From an uncultured Bdellovibrionales bacterium (GTDB taxonomy: Bacteria; Bdellovibrionota_C; UBA2361; OMII01): DNA of 58,329 bases. This document shows positions 25,167 to 34,469 of this stretch, piece by piece (position 1 is the stretch's first letter; every line of letters starts with the position of its first letter). Both the position numbers and the translations under genes were made by a program. The notes below the pieces were generated by a model. The model was not told the DNA's origin, did no database searches, and was given only the letters and a program-made list of their open reading frames with translations. The stretch spans positions 13,157 through 71,485 of the forward strand of contig CAZZJR010000004.1 of NCBI GenBank assembly GCA_964654585.1, in the 5' to 3' direction.

Positions 25167-25893
25167 TCGTCGGGAGCGAGCCGGAGTTCGGCTCGGCGTG
25201 GAGCTGCGTAACCTTACCAAGCGCTACCGCGATGCGGATCGCGATTTAACGGTCATTAGTGGCCTCACGTTTTCGTTCCCTGAGCAGGGGACGATTGCGA
25301 TCATTGGGCGATCCGGAATCGGAAAATCGACTCTGATGCACCTGATAGGTGCCCTCGATACGCCATCGGAAGGAGCGGTCCTCTTCGGCGGCCAAGACGT
25401 GAGTGCGATGGGCTCTGATGAGAGGGCAGCCTTCCGTGCGCGGAATGTCGGATTTATTTTTCAATTTCACCACCTTCTCCCTGAGTTCTCTGCCGAGGAG
25501 AACGTTGCGATGCCGCTCATCATGTCAGGCATGCACGAGGGTGAGGCGCGCGCCGAAGCGGCCGCCTTGCTTAGCCGCATGGGGCTTGCGGAGCGCGCTG
25601 CACACCTTCCATCGCAGCTCTCAGGCGGTGAACAGCAGCGTGTTGCGATAGCGCGCGCGCTCATCACGAAGCCGCGCGTGGTGCTGGCAGATGAGCCGAC
25701 TGGGAACTTGGATGTGCGCACCGCTACCGAGGTGCAGAAGCTTCTGCTGGAAATGAACAGAGAGCTAGACAATACGCTGATCGTCGTGACCCACAACGAA
25801 GAGTTAGCACAGAGCATGGACATGGTCGTAGAGATGACGCCGGGTGGAGCGCTCGTTGAGCACCGCAAGGCGAGGCGAGTGCCGGAGGAGTGA
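25159..25893 (+). CDS. lolD: Lipoprotein-releasing ABC transporter ATPase LolD
   Basis: Walker A GRSGIGKST, LolD motif GFIFQFHHLLPEFSA, LSGGEQQRVAIARAL, DEPTGNLD; overlaps lolC. Confidence 0.93.
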   Translation: MTDRRERAGVRLGVELRNLTKRYRDADRDLTVISGLTFSFPEQGTIAIIGRSGIGKSTLMHLIGALDTPSEGAVLFGGQDVSAMGSDERAAFRARNVGFIFQFHHLLPEFSAEENVAMPLIMSGMHEGEARAEAAALLSRMGLAERAAHLPSQLSGGEQQRVAIARALITKPRVVLADEPTGNLDVRTATEVQKLLLEMNRELDNTLIVVTHNEELAQSMDMVVEMTPGGALVEHRKARRVPEE

Positions 25894-28196
25894 TGAGGAG
25901 AGTCCAATTCTGGAGTCTGGCGCTGTGCGTTTTGCTCGTTGCAGCGGTCGTGACCGCGCACCCCGCCGCTGCCCAGGGAGGCGAGTCGTACGTTGTGCAT
26001 GGCGTCGAGATCGAGGGGAATAGGCGTATCGATACGGGCGCTGTCATGTCACAGCTGGCAAGTGTGCCGGGGCGAGTTACCGCGGCGCAGCTGAGCGATG
26101 ACGTAAAGACGCTCTACAACTCCGGGTATTTCGACCAGGTTCAAGTGTCAGTTGTTCCGCGCGGGGATGGCTCCGTAACGGTCAAATTCTCCGTTTCCGA
26201 GAAGCCCATCGCCAGGAAGATCTTCATCAAAGGAAACGACGAGGTAAGTGAAGATGACCTGAGTGAGGTGCTGAAGCTGGATGGCAGGCGCTTCGTTGAT
26301 CGAGCAAAGATTCAGGCCCTCATCCGGAAAGCCACAGCGTACTACCAGACGCAAGGCTACTACGACGCCTCGCTCGACTACTCAACTACTCCGGTTGGAG
26401 ACAACGAGGTGGACGTCACCTTCGACGTAAAGGAGGGGAAACTGTACCACGTGCGGGAGGTAGTGCTTCAGGGTGTAGCTGATCTCGATGAAGACGAGAT
26501 GCGGGCGGTTCTGCAGACCCAGAGGTACAAGTGGTGGAGCTCATGGCTCTTCGGCACCGGAAAGGTGAGTGAGGAGATGACTGAAGCGGACAAGCAGGTG
26601 CTGCGGCAGTACCTGCTCGACCACGGATACATTGAGGGTAATGTCGGAGAGGCTTCGATAGACAAACGCGATGACGGGCTGTACGTCGTGTTCGACATCT
26701 CAGAGGGAGAGCAGTTTAAGATTGGAAAGATCACGGCAGCAGGCGACCTTGTCGATGGCTCCGAGGAAAAGACGGTTGAGGACCTCAAGAGTGAGCCGGG
26801 TGACGTCTTTAGCGCTTCCAAGGTTCGGGCGGATATCTTCACTATCACTGATCGATTCGGTGATGAGGGTTACGCTTTTGCAAACGTGGTGCCGAACTCC
26901 GAGATTCACCGCGACGAAGGCACGGTAGACCTTGCGTTCACAAGCACAAAGGGCAATCCCGTGAAGATTGGCAAGATTACCATCTCGGGCAACGAAAAGA
27001 CGTATGACAACGTCATCCGGCGAGAGATGCGAATCGAGGAGCAGCACCGTTACAGTGGGACCAAAATTCGCCGCAGCCAGACCCTGCTGCAGCGTCAGGG
27101 GCTCTTCGAGGAAGTGAATATTACCAACAAGCCAACCTCGGACCCCTCAGTGGTCGACCTAGACGTCAACGTCAAGGAGGGAACGACGGGCAGCTTCACT
27201 GCAGGAGCCGGATACTCCACCGCCAACGGAAGTCTCTTTAATACCAAAATCTCTGAGAATAACCTTTTTGGAACGGGGAATAAGCTTAACCTGAACCTTG
27301 ATTTCGGTAGTCAGGTTTCAAACCAGGTGCTCTCATTCGATAATCCACGCGTCAATGATAGCTTCGTTTCGGCCGGAGCCGACCTTCTCCGCACGACTCG
27401 GCAGTACCAAGACTTCAATCGCGAGCTCGAAGGAGGCTCTACTACCGTCGGCTACCCGGCTGAGCTGATTTTTGGCAAGTGGGCAGAGGATATGTCTGTT
27501 ACCCTTAAGTACGAAATGCTCCGCATCAATATTCGGGACGTCAATCCAGATTCTGCGCAGCTCGTTAAAGATTCTCAGGGATACTCGACGTCATCTGCGT
27601 TTACTCCAGCTCTCAATCGCAGCACGATCAATAATCCTACCAACCCAACTCGCGGCTCACGTCAAAATCTTTCGGTGGAGATAGCGGGAGCGGGCGGCGA
27701 CCAAGATTTTTGGCTCTTTGAGGCTAGGAACGCCTGGTACCATCCTATTTGGGAGGGAGAGGAGGGCGATGTAACGTTCGCAAACCGCACCTCATTCGGG
27801 TACGGAGAGAGCATGAACGACAATCCATTCCCGCTCTTCCGCCGATTCTTCCCGGGAGGATTGAATTCGGTGCGTGGTTACCGGAACCGCACGCTTGGTC
27901 CTACCGATATTAACGGGCAGGAGTATGGAGGTAGCAAACAGCTGATCAACAACGTCGAGGTCATCTTTCCGCTTGTGAATTCCGCGGGATTGCGCGGAGT
28001 AGTATTCTACGACGTCGGTCAAGCGTACGATGACAATCAGGCGATCGAGATCCACGACCTCCGCCAAGCAGTGGGCTACGGTATCCGTTGGAACTCTCCG
28101 ATGGGACCGATTCGGTTTGAGATCGGGTATCCGATCAACCGCCAGCCGGGCGAAGAGGCGAAGCAGACTATGTTCTCGTTCGGCGCCCCTCTCTAG
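25893..28196 (+). CDS. bamA: Outer-membrane protein assembly factor BamA
   Basis: Five POTRA-like repeats (IEGNRRID, IKGNDEV, ISGNEKTYDNVIRRE), VRGY, WNSPMGPIRFE and terminal FSFG. Confidence 0.95.
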   Translation: MRRVQFWSLALCVLLVAAVVTAHPAAAQGGESYVVHGVEIEGNRRIDTGAVMSQLASVPGRVTAAQLSDDVKTLYNSGYFDQVQVSVVPRGDGSVTVKFSVSEKPIARKIFIKGNDEVSEDDLSEVLKLDGRRFVDRAKIQALIRKATAYYQTQGYYDASLDYSTTPVGDNEVDVTFDVKEGKLYHVREVVLQGVADLDEDEMRAVLQTQRYKWWSSWLFGTGKVSEEMTEADKQVLRQYLLDHGYIEGNVGEASIDKRDDGLYVVFDISEGEQFKIGKITAAGDLVDGSEEKTVEDLKSEPGDVFSASKVRADIFTITDRFGDEGYAFANVVPNSEIHRDEGTVDLAFTSTKGNPVKIGKITISGNEKTYDNVIRREMRIEEQHRYSGTKIRRSQTLLQRQGLFEEVNITNKPTSDPSVVDLDVNVKEGTTGSFTAGAGYSTANGSLFNTKISENNLFGTGNKLNLNLDFGSQVSNQVLSFDNPRVNDSFVSAGADLLRTTRQYQDFNRELEGGSTTVGYPAELIFGKWAEDMSVTLKYEMLRINIRDVNPDSAQLVKDSQGYSTSSAFTPALNRSTINNPTNPTRGSRQNLSVEIAGAGGDQDFWLFEARNAWYHPIWEGEEGDVTFANRTSFGYGESMNDNPFPLFRRFFPGGLNSVRGYRNRTLGPTDINGQEYGGSKQLINNVEVIFPLVNSAGLRGVVFYDVGQAYDDNQAIEIHDLRQAVGYGIRWNSPMGPIRFEIGYPINRQPGEEAKQTMFSFGAPL

Positions 28197-28199
28197 GCA

Positions 28200-29414
28200 C
28201 TACGCTCGGATCAGGCTCGGATCCTTGGCAATTTTTGCAGCCTCGGCTTCGTCTTCCTCGTGAGCGAGGAATGGGTTTCTGGCGCGGCGACGGAGGAGTG
28301 CGAAGGTGTCGTGGTATCCGACTTCTATCAGCGAGTTGAGGTACTCTGGGTCGAGGGCGACGTACGACATCACCTCGTAGGCGGCCTCCTCTCCTAGCTT
28401 CGCCTTGACCAGCGTAAAGAGGGGCCACAGGGCGCCGCATGCATCCATAAAACGCTTGCGGGAGCTACCGACAGCCTGCTTAAGGTAAACCCCAAGGCTG
28501 CCTGGGTTGCGAATCGTAAGAGTTTCTGGCGGACGGAGACAGAAGGTGTCGTCACCAGCGGGAACCTCCCAGCTTGGGCGCTTGTCGTGAGCCTCGCCGT
28601 ATCTGTCGAGCCACCACGAGCGACCGGAGATATCGATAACGACGATGCGGTGGGCACCGAGTCGAACGGCCGGGTCTACCGGTATGTTCTGTGAGATTCC
28701 GCCGTCTACGAGCCGGACACGACCGCGGTCGGTATCCAGCTCAACCGGGGGAAGTATCGAGGGGAGAGCCGCTGATGCGAAGCCATGACGCGCGCTCAGT
28801 TCGTCGACGTAACACACCTCAAAGGTTGCTCCCGATAGCTCTTCTGGGGTCAGATGGTGGTGGCTGCTCAGAAAGAGCAGCGGCTTCCGTTGGGCACCGT
28901 CCATGGTAGTCATAACCCCAATGGCACGCAGCGACGGAGCTCGTCGTGATGGATTCAGCCCGCCTTGGCTCTGAATGACAGCATTGAGTCGCTCCTCAAG
29001 TGGCGAGGGATCGAGCACAGAGGTCTTAGAGGTAGTTGGGCCGGGGGCTAGGTACTGAGCGGTCGCTATTCTGATAGCGCGCAGGAAGGCACGTGTGCGA
29101 GAGCCGGCGAAGGTGTTTGAGAAGGTTCTCTCGCGCCACAGGTCTTCGAGCACTTCGATGCTCGAACCTATCCCGTTGCGGATGCAGGCTGACAGCACGA
29201 GTCCATTCACTGCACCTATGCTGCTACCGAGCACTATCGAGGTATTGTCTAGGTCTTTTCCGAGAACCTGGGCGAGCGCTTTGAGTGCCCCAGCTTGATA
29301 CGCGGCACGGACTCCCCCTCCAGACAAGACGATTCCGAGGTCACTGCTGTTCGGCTCTAGCGACTTCCGAAATTTAACCGCTTTTTGGTCCTCAGACTGT
29401 GGCCGTCTCCTCAT
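28200..29414 (-). CDS. Patatin-like phospholipase
   Basis: Gly-rich LSGGGVRA, nucleophile GSSIG, ASAALP and catalytic DGG. ATG at 29414 (AAGG RBS) or GTG at 29432. Confidence 0.9.
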   Translation of the reverse strand: MRRRPQSEDQKAVKFRKSLEPNSSDLGIVLSGGGVRAAYQAGALKALAQVLGKDLDNTSIVLGSSIGAVNGLVLSACIRNGIGSSIEVLEDLWRERTFSNTFAGSRTRAFLRAIRIATAQYLAPGPTTSKTSVLDPSPLEERLNAVIQSQGGLNPSRRAPSLRAIGVMTTMDGAQRKPLLFLSSHHHLTPEELSGATFEVCYVDELSARHGFASAALPSILPPVELDTDRGRVRLVDGGISQNIPVDPAVRLGAHRIVVIDISGRSWWLDRYGEAHDKRPSWEVPAGDDTFCLRPPETLTIRNPGSLGVYLKQAVGSSRKRFMDACGALWPLFTLVKAKLGEEAAYEVMSYVALDPEYLNSLIEVGYHDTFALLRRRARNPFLAHEEDEAEAAKIAKDPSLIRA

Positions 29415-29447
29415 AAAAACCTTGAGGTCCACTCGCCCCTAACGGGA

Positions 29448-29474
29448 ATATCGGTCCTCAGCCGAGAACCTTAA
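29448..29474 (-). promoter_or_regulatory. Sigma28-like promoter TTAAGGTT-N11-ACCGATAT upstream of the patatin gene
   Basis: Canonical spacing and near-consensus elements on the minus strand, correctly oriented. Confidence 0.55.
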
Positions 29475-29642
29475 TGAACGGTGGCTCTTATCCTTATATT
29501 GGCGCTTAAAGGTATGATGCGGCAAGAGGTCGAATAGACTGGAGAATCTTAAGCCTAGGCGCGTGTCAGCGTGAGTGCCAGGTGGCGCGTAGGGTTAGGG
29601 AGTGGGGTGCGAGTGGCGAGCCGAGTATGATACCCTTCCGGC

Positions 29643-30368
29643 GTGTCTCATAATGATTCCAATAAGGTAAGCCCGTCTGCGACCCGTCTGGTCGTAACGG
29701 TGGACGGGGTTGGCGCTTCGGGAAAGAGTGCGCTAGCGCGCTTGCTCGCAGATCAGCTTGGATTTGCGCACCTTAACTCTGGTCTCCTCTACCGTGCTGC
29801 CGCCTTCATTGCAGAGCGCGCCAGAATTCCGGTTAGTGCTGGCGACGCCCTCGCCGCGGAGTTGCCCCGGCACCAGCTGGAGCTTCGGCATGACTCGATC
29901 CTCGGCAGTGTGGTGGTAATTGACGGAGTGGTCAGGGAAGGTGAGCTGATGTCGCGCGCGATCTCGGAAGGGGCGTCGCAGGTTGCCAAGCATCAGGGAA
30001 TCAGGGCCATCTTTCTTCCGATCCAACGCGCGGCATTCGCACCTATGGGGGTCGTTGCAGAGGGGCGGGACATGGGGACGGTCGTATTCCCGGATGCTCC
30101 TGTGAAGTTTTTCGTGGATGCTCGACTAGATGTGCGGGCAGCACGGCGAGTCGAGCAGCTTCGGGCAAAGGGCCAGGCAGCGGATATTGAGTCAGTTTCA
30201 GCGGAGCTTGCTGCGCGCGACGAACGAGATGCCACCCGCACTGCTGCACCGATGAAGCCAGCGATTGGGGCGGTGATCATCAACAACTCAGACACTCCGC
30301 TGGAGGAGACGGTGGAACGGATGCTGGGAGTTGTGCGGGAGCGATTAGGGAGTAGCTGCGGGCGATAG
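29643..30368 (+). CDS. cmk: Cytidylate kinase
   Basis: VDGVGASGKS P-loop, LNSGLLYRA, VAEGRDMGTVVFPDA, RDERD motifs. Confidence 0.93.
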   Translation: MSHNDSNKVSPSATRLVVTVDGVGASGKSALARLLADQLGFAHLNSGLLYRAAAFIAERARIPVSAGDALAAELPRHQLELRHDSILGSVVVIDGVVREGELMSRAISEGASQVAKHQGIRAIFLPIQRAAFAPMGVVAEGRDMGTVVFPDAPVKFFVDARLDVRAARRVEQLRAKGQAADIESVSAELAARDERDATRTAAPMKPAIGAVIINNSDTPLEETVERMLGVVRERLGSSCGR

Positions 30369-30397
30369 GCTGACTAGGATGGCTCAGGGTACGCCGG

Positions 30398-31486
30398 CTA
30401 GCGGGGAGCTTCAGCGCCGAGGTTCAGGATAAGCGCCACCGTGCCCATCACGATATTCGCCATCCACGCGGCAAGCGGGGCAGGGAGCAGGTCGGCTCGC
30501 CCCATAGAAATACTGAAAGAGTCGACTGCGAAGTACGCAAACGCAATGAAGAGCGCCGCGAGTGAGCTCTGTGCCATGCTACCGGTTCGGGTGGGTATGA
30601 GCGTAAACGGCAGAACTATCATTCCGACAATGAATACTACCAGTGGAGCGGCCAGTTTGCTGTACATATCCGGGAGGTACTGCGCTGTCGAAATGCCATT
30701 CCGGCGCTGCTTCTTGATAAAACGGCGGATCTCGCTGTAGCTCATCGTGGAGGGATCGTCCTTGAATTCGTAGAAGTCCTCGGGCTGTTCGCCAATCACG
30801 AGAGGTACCTGCTCGAAGTGCTCGACTGACACCGGCTGGGTGTCAAAGTGGTAGCGCGTCACCCCCTTCATGCTCCAACCCAGGTCGTCAGAGATCCATT
30901 CGACGTTTTCCGCGTCAGTGCGCTTTACCGTATTCCAGTCGGAATCAAGCTCAAATTGAGAGAATTGGTGCAAGCTCTTCGAGCTGCTGTTAAAAAAGTC
31001 CACGGCAAAAAAGCTGTTGCCGTTTCGCCACCAGAAATCCTCCTGGCTGTAGCCGCCACGCTTGTCCTTCTGCCGAATTTCAAGGTTGTAGATTAGCTTC
31101 TGCTTCCGTTCGGCGTGCGGGACCACGAATTCACCGAGCACGAACGACAGCGCCGAGAGAAGAAGTCCTGAAATAACGAGCGGGCGCGCGAGCCAAAAAA
31201 GGGTTAGTCCGCTGGCGCGCATCGCCGTAATCTCTGAGCTTTTGGATAGCAGGCCGAAAGTGAAGAGCACTGAAAACATCACTGCTATTGGCAGCATGAG
31301 AGCGACCATCAGCGGGACTTTGCATAGGAAGTACTGAGCGATGAGCAGTACTGAAGCTTTCTCAGACAGGACGTTATCGAGGCGGTCAAAGAAGTCGACC
31401 ATCAGGAAAAGAAATACGAACATCGCTAGCCCGATAGCGAAATTCTTCACGAGGATCCCGAAGATGTACCGATGCAGGATCTTCAC
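30398..31486 (-). CDS. lptG: LPS export ABC transporter permease LptG
   Basis: YjgP/YjgQ family (SEITAMRASG), periplasmic jellyroll, AAWMAN C-terminus; follows lptF. Confidence 0.88.
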   Translation of the reverse strand: MKILHRYIFGILVKNFAIGLAMFVFLFLMVDFFDRLDNVLSEKASVLLIAQYFLCKVPLMVALMLPIAVMFSVLFTFGLLSKSSEITAMRASGLTLFWLARPLVISGLLLSALSFVLGEFVVPHAERKQKLIYNLEIRQKDKRGGYSQEDFWWRNGNSFFAVDFFNSSSKSLHQFSQFELDSDWNTVKRTDAENVEWISDDLGWSMKGVTRYHFDTQPVSVEHFEQVPLVIGEQPEDFYEFKDDPSTMSYSEIRRFIKKQRRNGISTAQYLPDMYSKLAAPLVVFIVGMIVLPFTLIPTRTGSMAQSSLAALFIAFAYFAVDSFSISMGRADLLPAPLAAWMANIVMGTVALILNLGAEAPR

Positions 31487-32727
31487 GCACGTCTCCGAAT
31501 GAACCGGGCTAGACCCACGGCACGCTGGAGTGAACGCTGAACCCCCTCGGAGACAGAGTTCCAGCGCTCCGTGGCGATCTTTCGCACAAGCAGCACAGCA
31601 ATGGCTGATGCGATAACGTTGGGGGTCCAGAGGGCGATTCCAACGTTGAGTTTGCCGCTGTCCGCTAGGGCGACTCCAACCGAGAATATTGCGTAGTAAA
31701 CGATAAACACGGCGAGCCCTAAGGTGGCGGCGAAGCCAGCCCCCCAGGTGCGCTGCGTTCGGGGCGACATGATGCCGAGCGACATCCCGATAAAAGCCAT
31801 AATGACCGAGGCTAGCGGCAGGGAAGTTCTCTGTCCAAGCTCAATCTTCGCTCTACGGAACTTCTTCTCGACTTCAGCCCGTGTCAGGGTCTCTCCGAAT
31901 ACTGACAGCTGCGCGGCATCACTGCTGCGCAGGGCCCTGCGATACTCCTGAATCGCTTCTCGCAACCGCGTCATCGATAGCTCGCGCGCCATGAGGCCCT
32001 TCTTCGTTTCGGTCTTTATCTCATTTGGGTCGACCGTCAGGCTGTTTGAGTTGAACTCGGTCCTGGAATACCGGCCGTCGAGAGTCTCGTGCGCTACGCC
32101 GTCGGCAAGGATCAGGGAAATAGTGCGCTCTGCTTCGTCTGCTACGATCCTGCCACGCTTAGCGACGACTACCTTGCGCTGTTCTGAGTCTCGTTTGTCG
32201 TCGACGAGCACGCGCGATAGGTCGCCCGTTTGATAGTTGATTGCATCAGCATACAGGGTCATCGCTCCGAGCTTATTGAATACCCCCTCCGTCAATCCCG
32301 AGATGCTTTTCGAGCGGGCGATCTCAAACAATGCGCGGGACAGGGCGTCGAAGCCCCATGGGCGGAGCACGCACGAGACCAAGAGGCTCGTCGCACCAAC
32401 CGCAGTGGCGAAGAGCGCAATCGGCTTAAGGAACCTCGCAAGACTGATGCCACTCGCCCGCATGACAACCATCTCGGAGTCGCCGCAGAGCCGTGCAAAA
32501 GCCAACATAACGCCTAGGAGCGTAGACATCGGTAACGCTATCTCGAGGAAGGTTGGAATAATCGCGAGGAATACTTTCGCTATCTGCCCGAACTCAACGC
32601 CGCGGTTGATAATGAGCGACGTCAGTCGCAGCATGCGTAACGTTAGCAGCAGTCCGGTAAAGGCAGCTAAGCTGATGCCGAAGAACGACACAACTTCCCG
32701 CAGTACGTACTTGGACAGAATCTTCAC
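31483..32727 (-). CDS. lptF: LPS export ABC transporter permease LptF
   Basis: IPTFLEIALPMSTLLG, DSEMVVMRASGIS, LWTPN motifs. Confidence 0.88.
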   Translation of the reverse strand: MKILSKYVLREVVSFFGISLAAFTGLLLTLRMLRLTSLIINRGVEFGQIAKVFLAIIPTFLEIALPMSTLLGVMLAFARLCGDSEMVVMRASGISLARFLKPIALFATAVGATSLLVSCVLRPWGFDALSRALFEIARSKSISGLTEGVFNKLGAMTLYADAINYQTGDLSRVLVDDKRDSEQRKVVVAKRGRIVADEAERTISLILADGVAHETLDGRYSRTEFNSNSLTVDPNEIKTETKKGLMARELSMTRLREAIQEYRRALRSSDAAQLSVFGETLTRAEVEKKFRRAKIELGQRTSLPLASVIMAFIGMSLGIMSPRTQRTWGAGFAATLGLAVFIVYYAIFSVGVALADSGKLNVGIALWTPNVIASAIAVLLVRKIATERWNSVSEGVQRSLQRAVGLARFIRRRA

Positions 32728-32869
32728 CGTTCGCCGCTCCTAGCTTCTGCTTGCGGATCATAGATCGGTTGGGCGCCAAGGGGCACTACCTTAGCCCTAA
32801 TCTTGTCCGGCACGAGTTTTGCGCGGCTACCCGTTAGGGTGGGGACTGGCACGGAGGGCCGGGAGCAAT

Positions 32870-32894
32870 AAAAAAGGGTCCCCGAAGGAACCCT
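32870..32894 (-). terminator. Intrinsic terminator after rpsU
   Basis: Minus strand AGGGTTCC-TTCG-GGGACCCT followed by T tract (cUUCGg loop). Confidence 0.88.
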
Positions 32895-32909
32895 ACATTC
32901 GCGCCGGGC

Positions 32910-33269
32910 TTACATCAAACCCGGACCCTTCTTGAGGCGCGCCTCATCCTTGCGCTGCTTCTTGCGAGCTTCCTTGACCTTGCGCTTGCGGCGCTCAGAC
33001 GGCTTCTCAAAGTAGCGGCGGGCTTTGAGCTCCTTGAAGAGTCCCTCCTTAATCAGCTTGCGCTTGAGGATCTTCATCGCCTTCTCGATGTTGTGAGAAA
33101 CTGCGACCTCCATTGGGCCAGTGCGGGCACGATCGTCACTATGGCTGTGGCGCGCTTCACGTGAGCGCGGAGCATCCGAGCCTCCCTCGCGGCTTTCTCC
33201 CTCCGAACCACGAGTGTTGTTCTCAGTCCTCTGATTGTTCACTTCTTCGTTCATAGATCCGAATACCAT
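32910..33269 (-). CDS. rpsU: 30S ribosomal protein S21 with N-terminal extension
   Basis: Core NIEKAMKILKRKLIKEGLFKELKARRYFEKPSERRKRK. Start at 33269 or 33254; the S21 core begins at the Met at 33113. Confidence 0.9.
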   Translation of the reverse strand: MVFGSMNEEVNNQRTENNTRGSEGESREGGSDAPRSREARHSHSDDRARTGPMEVAVSHNIEKAMKILKRKLIKEGLFKELKARRYFEKPSERRKRKVKEARKKQRKDEARLKKGPGLM

Positions 33270-33404
33270 TCCTTTTCGTACCGTGTGTTATCCGCGTCGC
33301 TTGCTGAAGCTCGGCGCAAGCCGGCTTCGTGCCCAGGTTATGGGCGCGCAAGGAACTCGATGGCGTTGCGGATAGCTGCCACACACCTCCTTGCCGGAGC
33401 GGGG

Positions 33405-33434
33405 TTTGTAGCAAAGGACAGGGGAAGATGTAAA
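33405..33434 (-). promoter_or_regulatory. Sigma70 promoter candidate TTTACA-N18-(TG)cTACAAA for rpsU
   Basis: -35 and extended -10 on the minus strand upstream of rpsU. Confidence 0.45.
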
Positions 33435-33522
33435 GAGTTCGGGCTGTTGACCCGACTGCTGAGCAGCGGTTCAGGAGCTAATTTGGACACCGCGAGCCTT
33501 TACGCCTATGAAATTCAGGCGG

Positions 33523-34461
33523 TTAGGCCGTTCGAAGCTCGATCGTCGTGATCTCCGGGGGGCAATTGACTCGGAATGGCAACCCGACCACACCGAGCCC
33601 TCTTGAGGTGTAGACCATCTGGTCGTCCACCCGCACGAGCCCGGCGATAAAGCGCGAGTCCCGCACCGGTGCGGCCAACGACACGAGGCCGGGGAGTCGA
33701 ACCTGGCCACCGTGCGTGTGCCCGCACAGCGCCACACTAAAACGCGCCGCGCCGCGCTTGAGAAGCTCTGACACGTAGTCTGGGTTGTGCGAAACCAGGA
33801 CGCGAGCTGATACGCCGGGGGTTGTGGGTGCGGGGGGCACCCGGGGAAGGCCCGTGAGGTAGTCATCTGAGCCGAAAAACAAGAGGGACTCAGAGCCGCG
33901 CCTAATGGTAACCTCGTCGTTTACGAGGACGCGTATAGCTGGGTACGCCCGGAAAGCAGCGTTGAAAAGTTCGATTGAATTCCACCGTTCGTGGTTCCCA
34001 ACAACTGCTACGATCCCATCCGGTGGCGAGTAGCTGGAGAGCACCTTCGCCGCGGTCGAAAAGATGAGCGGCACCGCATCTTCCGAGTCCATGCCTGCGT
34101 ACGTTTCGTTTCGCACTAAGCCGAGCATGGGCCAGACTGGGTTGTCATTCGCCAAAATGTAGTCCCCACCGAGAACCAGCAGATCAGGCGAGTGCGCGCG
34201 CAGCTTCTCTAGCCCCCACGCCACCCATTCGTCCGGGACCCATATGCCGAGGTGGATGTCGGTGAAAAATGCTATTCGGTAACCGTCGAAAGCCCTCGGC
34301 AGACCAGGGATAACGAGGTGCACAGTTTCGTCGACAATCTGTCCGGCGGCTGAATCGAGCCCCATGTCTGCGTGCGCTGCAGCCAGGGCTGCGCCTCCAG
34401 CGAGGAGCGTGGCTCCCTGCAGGAAAGCTCTACGGCTTATGAACTTCGTGTTGCCCCCCAT
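33523..34461 (-). CDS. Calcineurin-like metallophosphoesterase (YkuE/YaeI-like) with Tat-type signal
   Basis: SRRAFLQ twin-arginine motif; FTDIH, LGGDY, VGNHE, SHNPD, CGHTHGGQ, TSRGLG motifs. ATG at 34461. Confidence 0.88.
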   Translation of the reverse strand: MGGNTKFISRRAFLQGATLLAGGAALAAAHADMGLDSAAGQIVDETVHLVIPGLPRAFDGYRIAFFTDIHLGIWVPDEWVAWGLEKLRAHSPDLLVLGGDYILANDNPVWPMLGLVRNETYAGMDSEDAVPLIFSTAAKVLSSYSPPDGIVAVVGNHERWNSIELFNAAFRAYPAIRVLVNDEVTIRRGSESLLFFGSDDYLTGLPRVPPAPTTPGVSARVLVSHNPDYVSELLKRGAARFSVALCGHTHGGQVRLPGLVSLAAPVRDSRFIAGLVRVDDQMVYTSRGLGVVGLPFRVNCPPEITTIELRTA

Positions 34462-34469
34462 ACCACGCT

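Noticed and set aside
25893-29432. Type Vd (PlpD-like patatin-Omp85) autotransporter
   Set aside because: The patatin and bamA are separate, convergent genes, and the patatin has no signal peptide.
32807-32822. Sigma54-like CCGGCACGAGTTTTGC (GG-N10-GC)
   Set aside because: It is on the + strand and points at the 3' end of rpsU with no downstream sense gene; probably chance.
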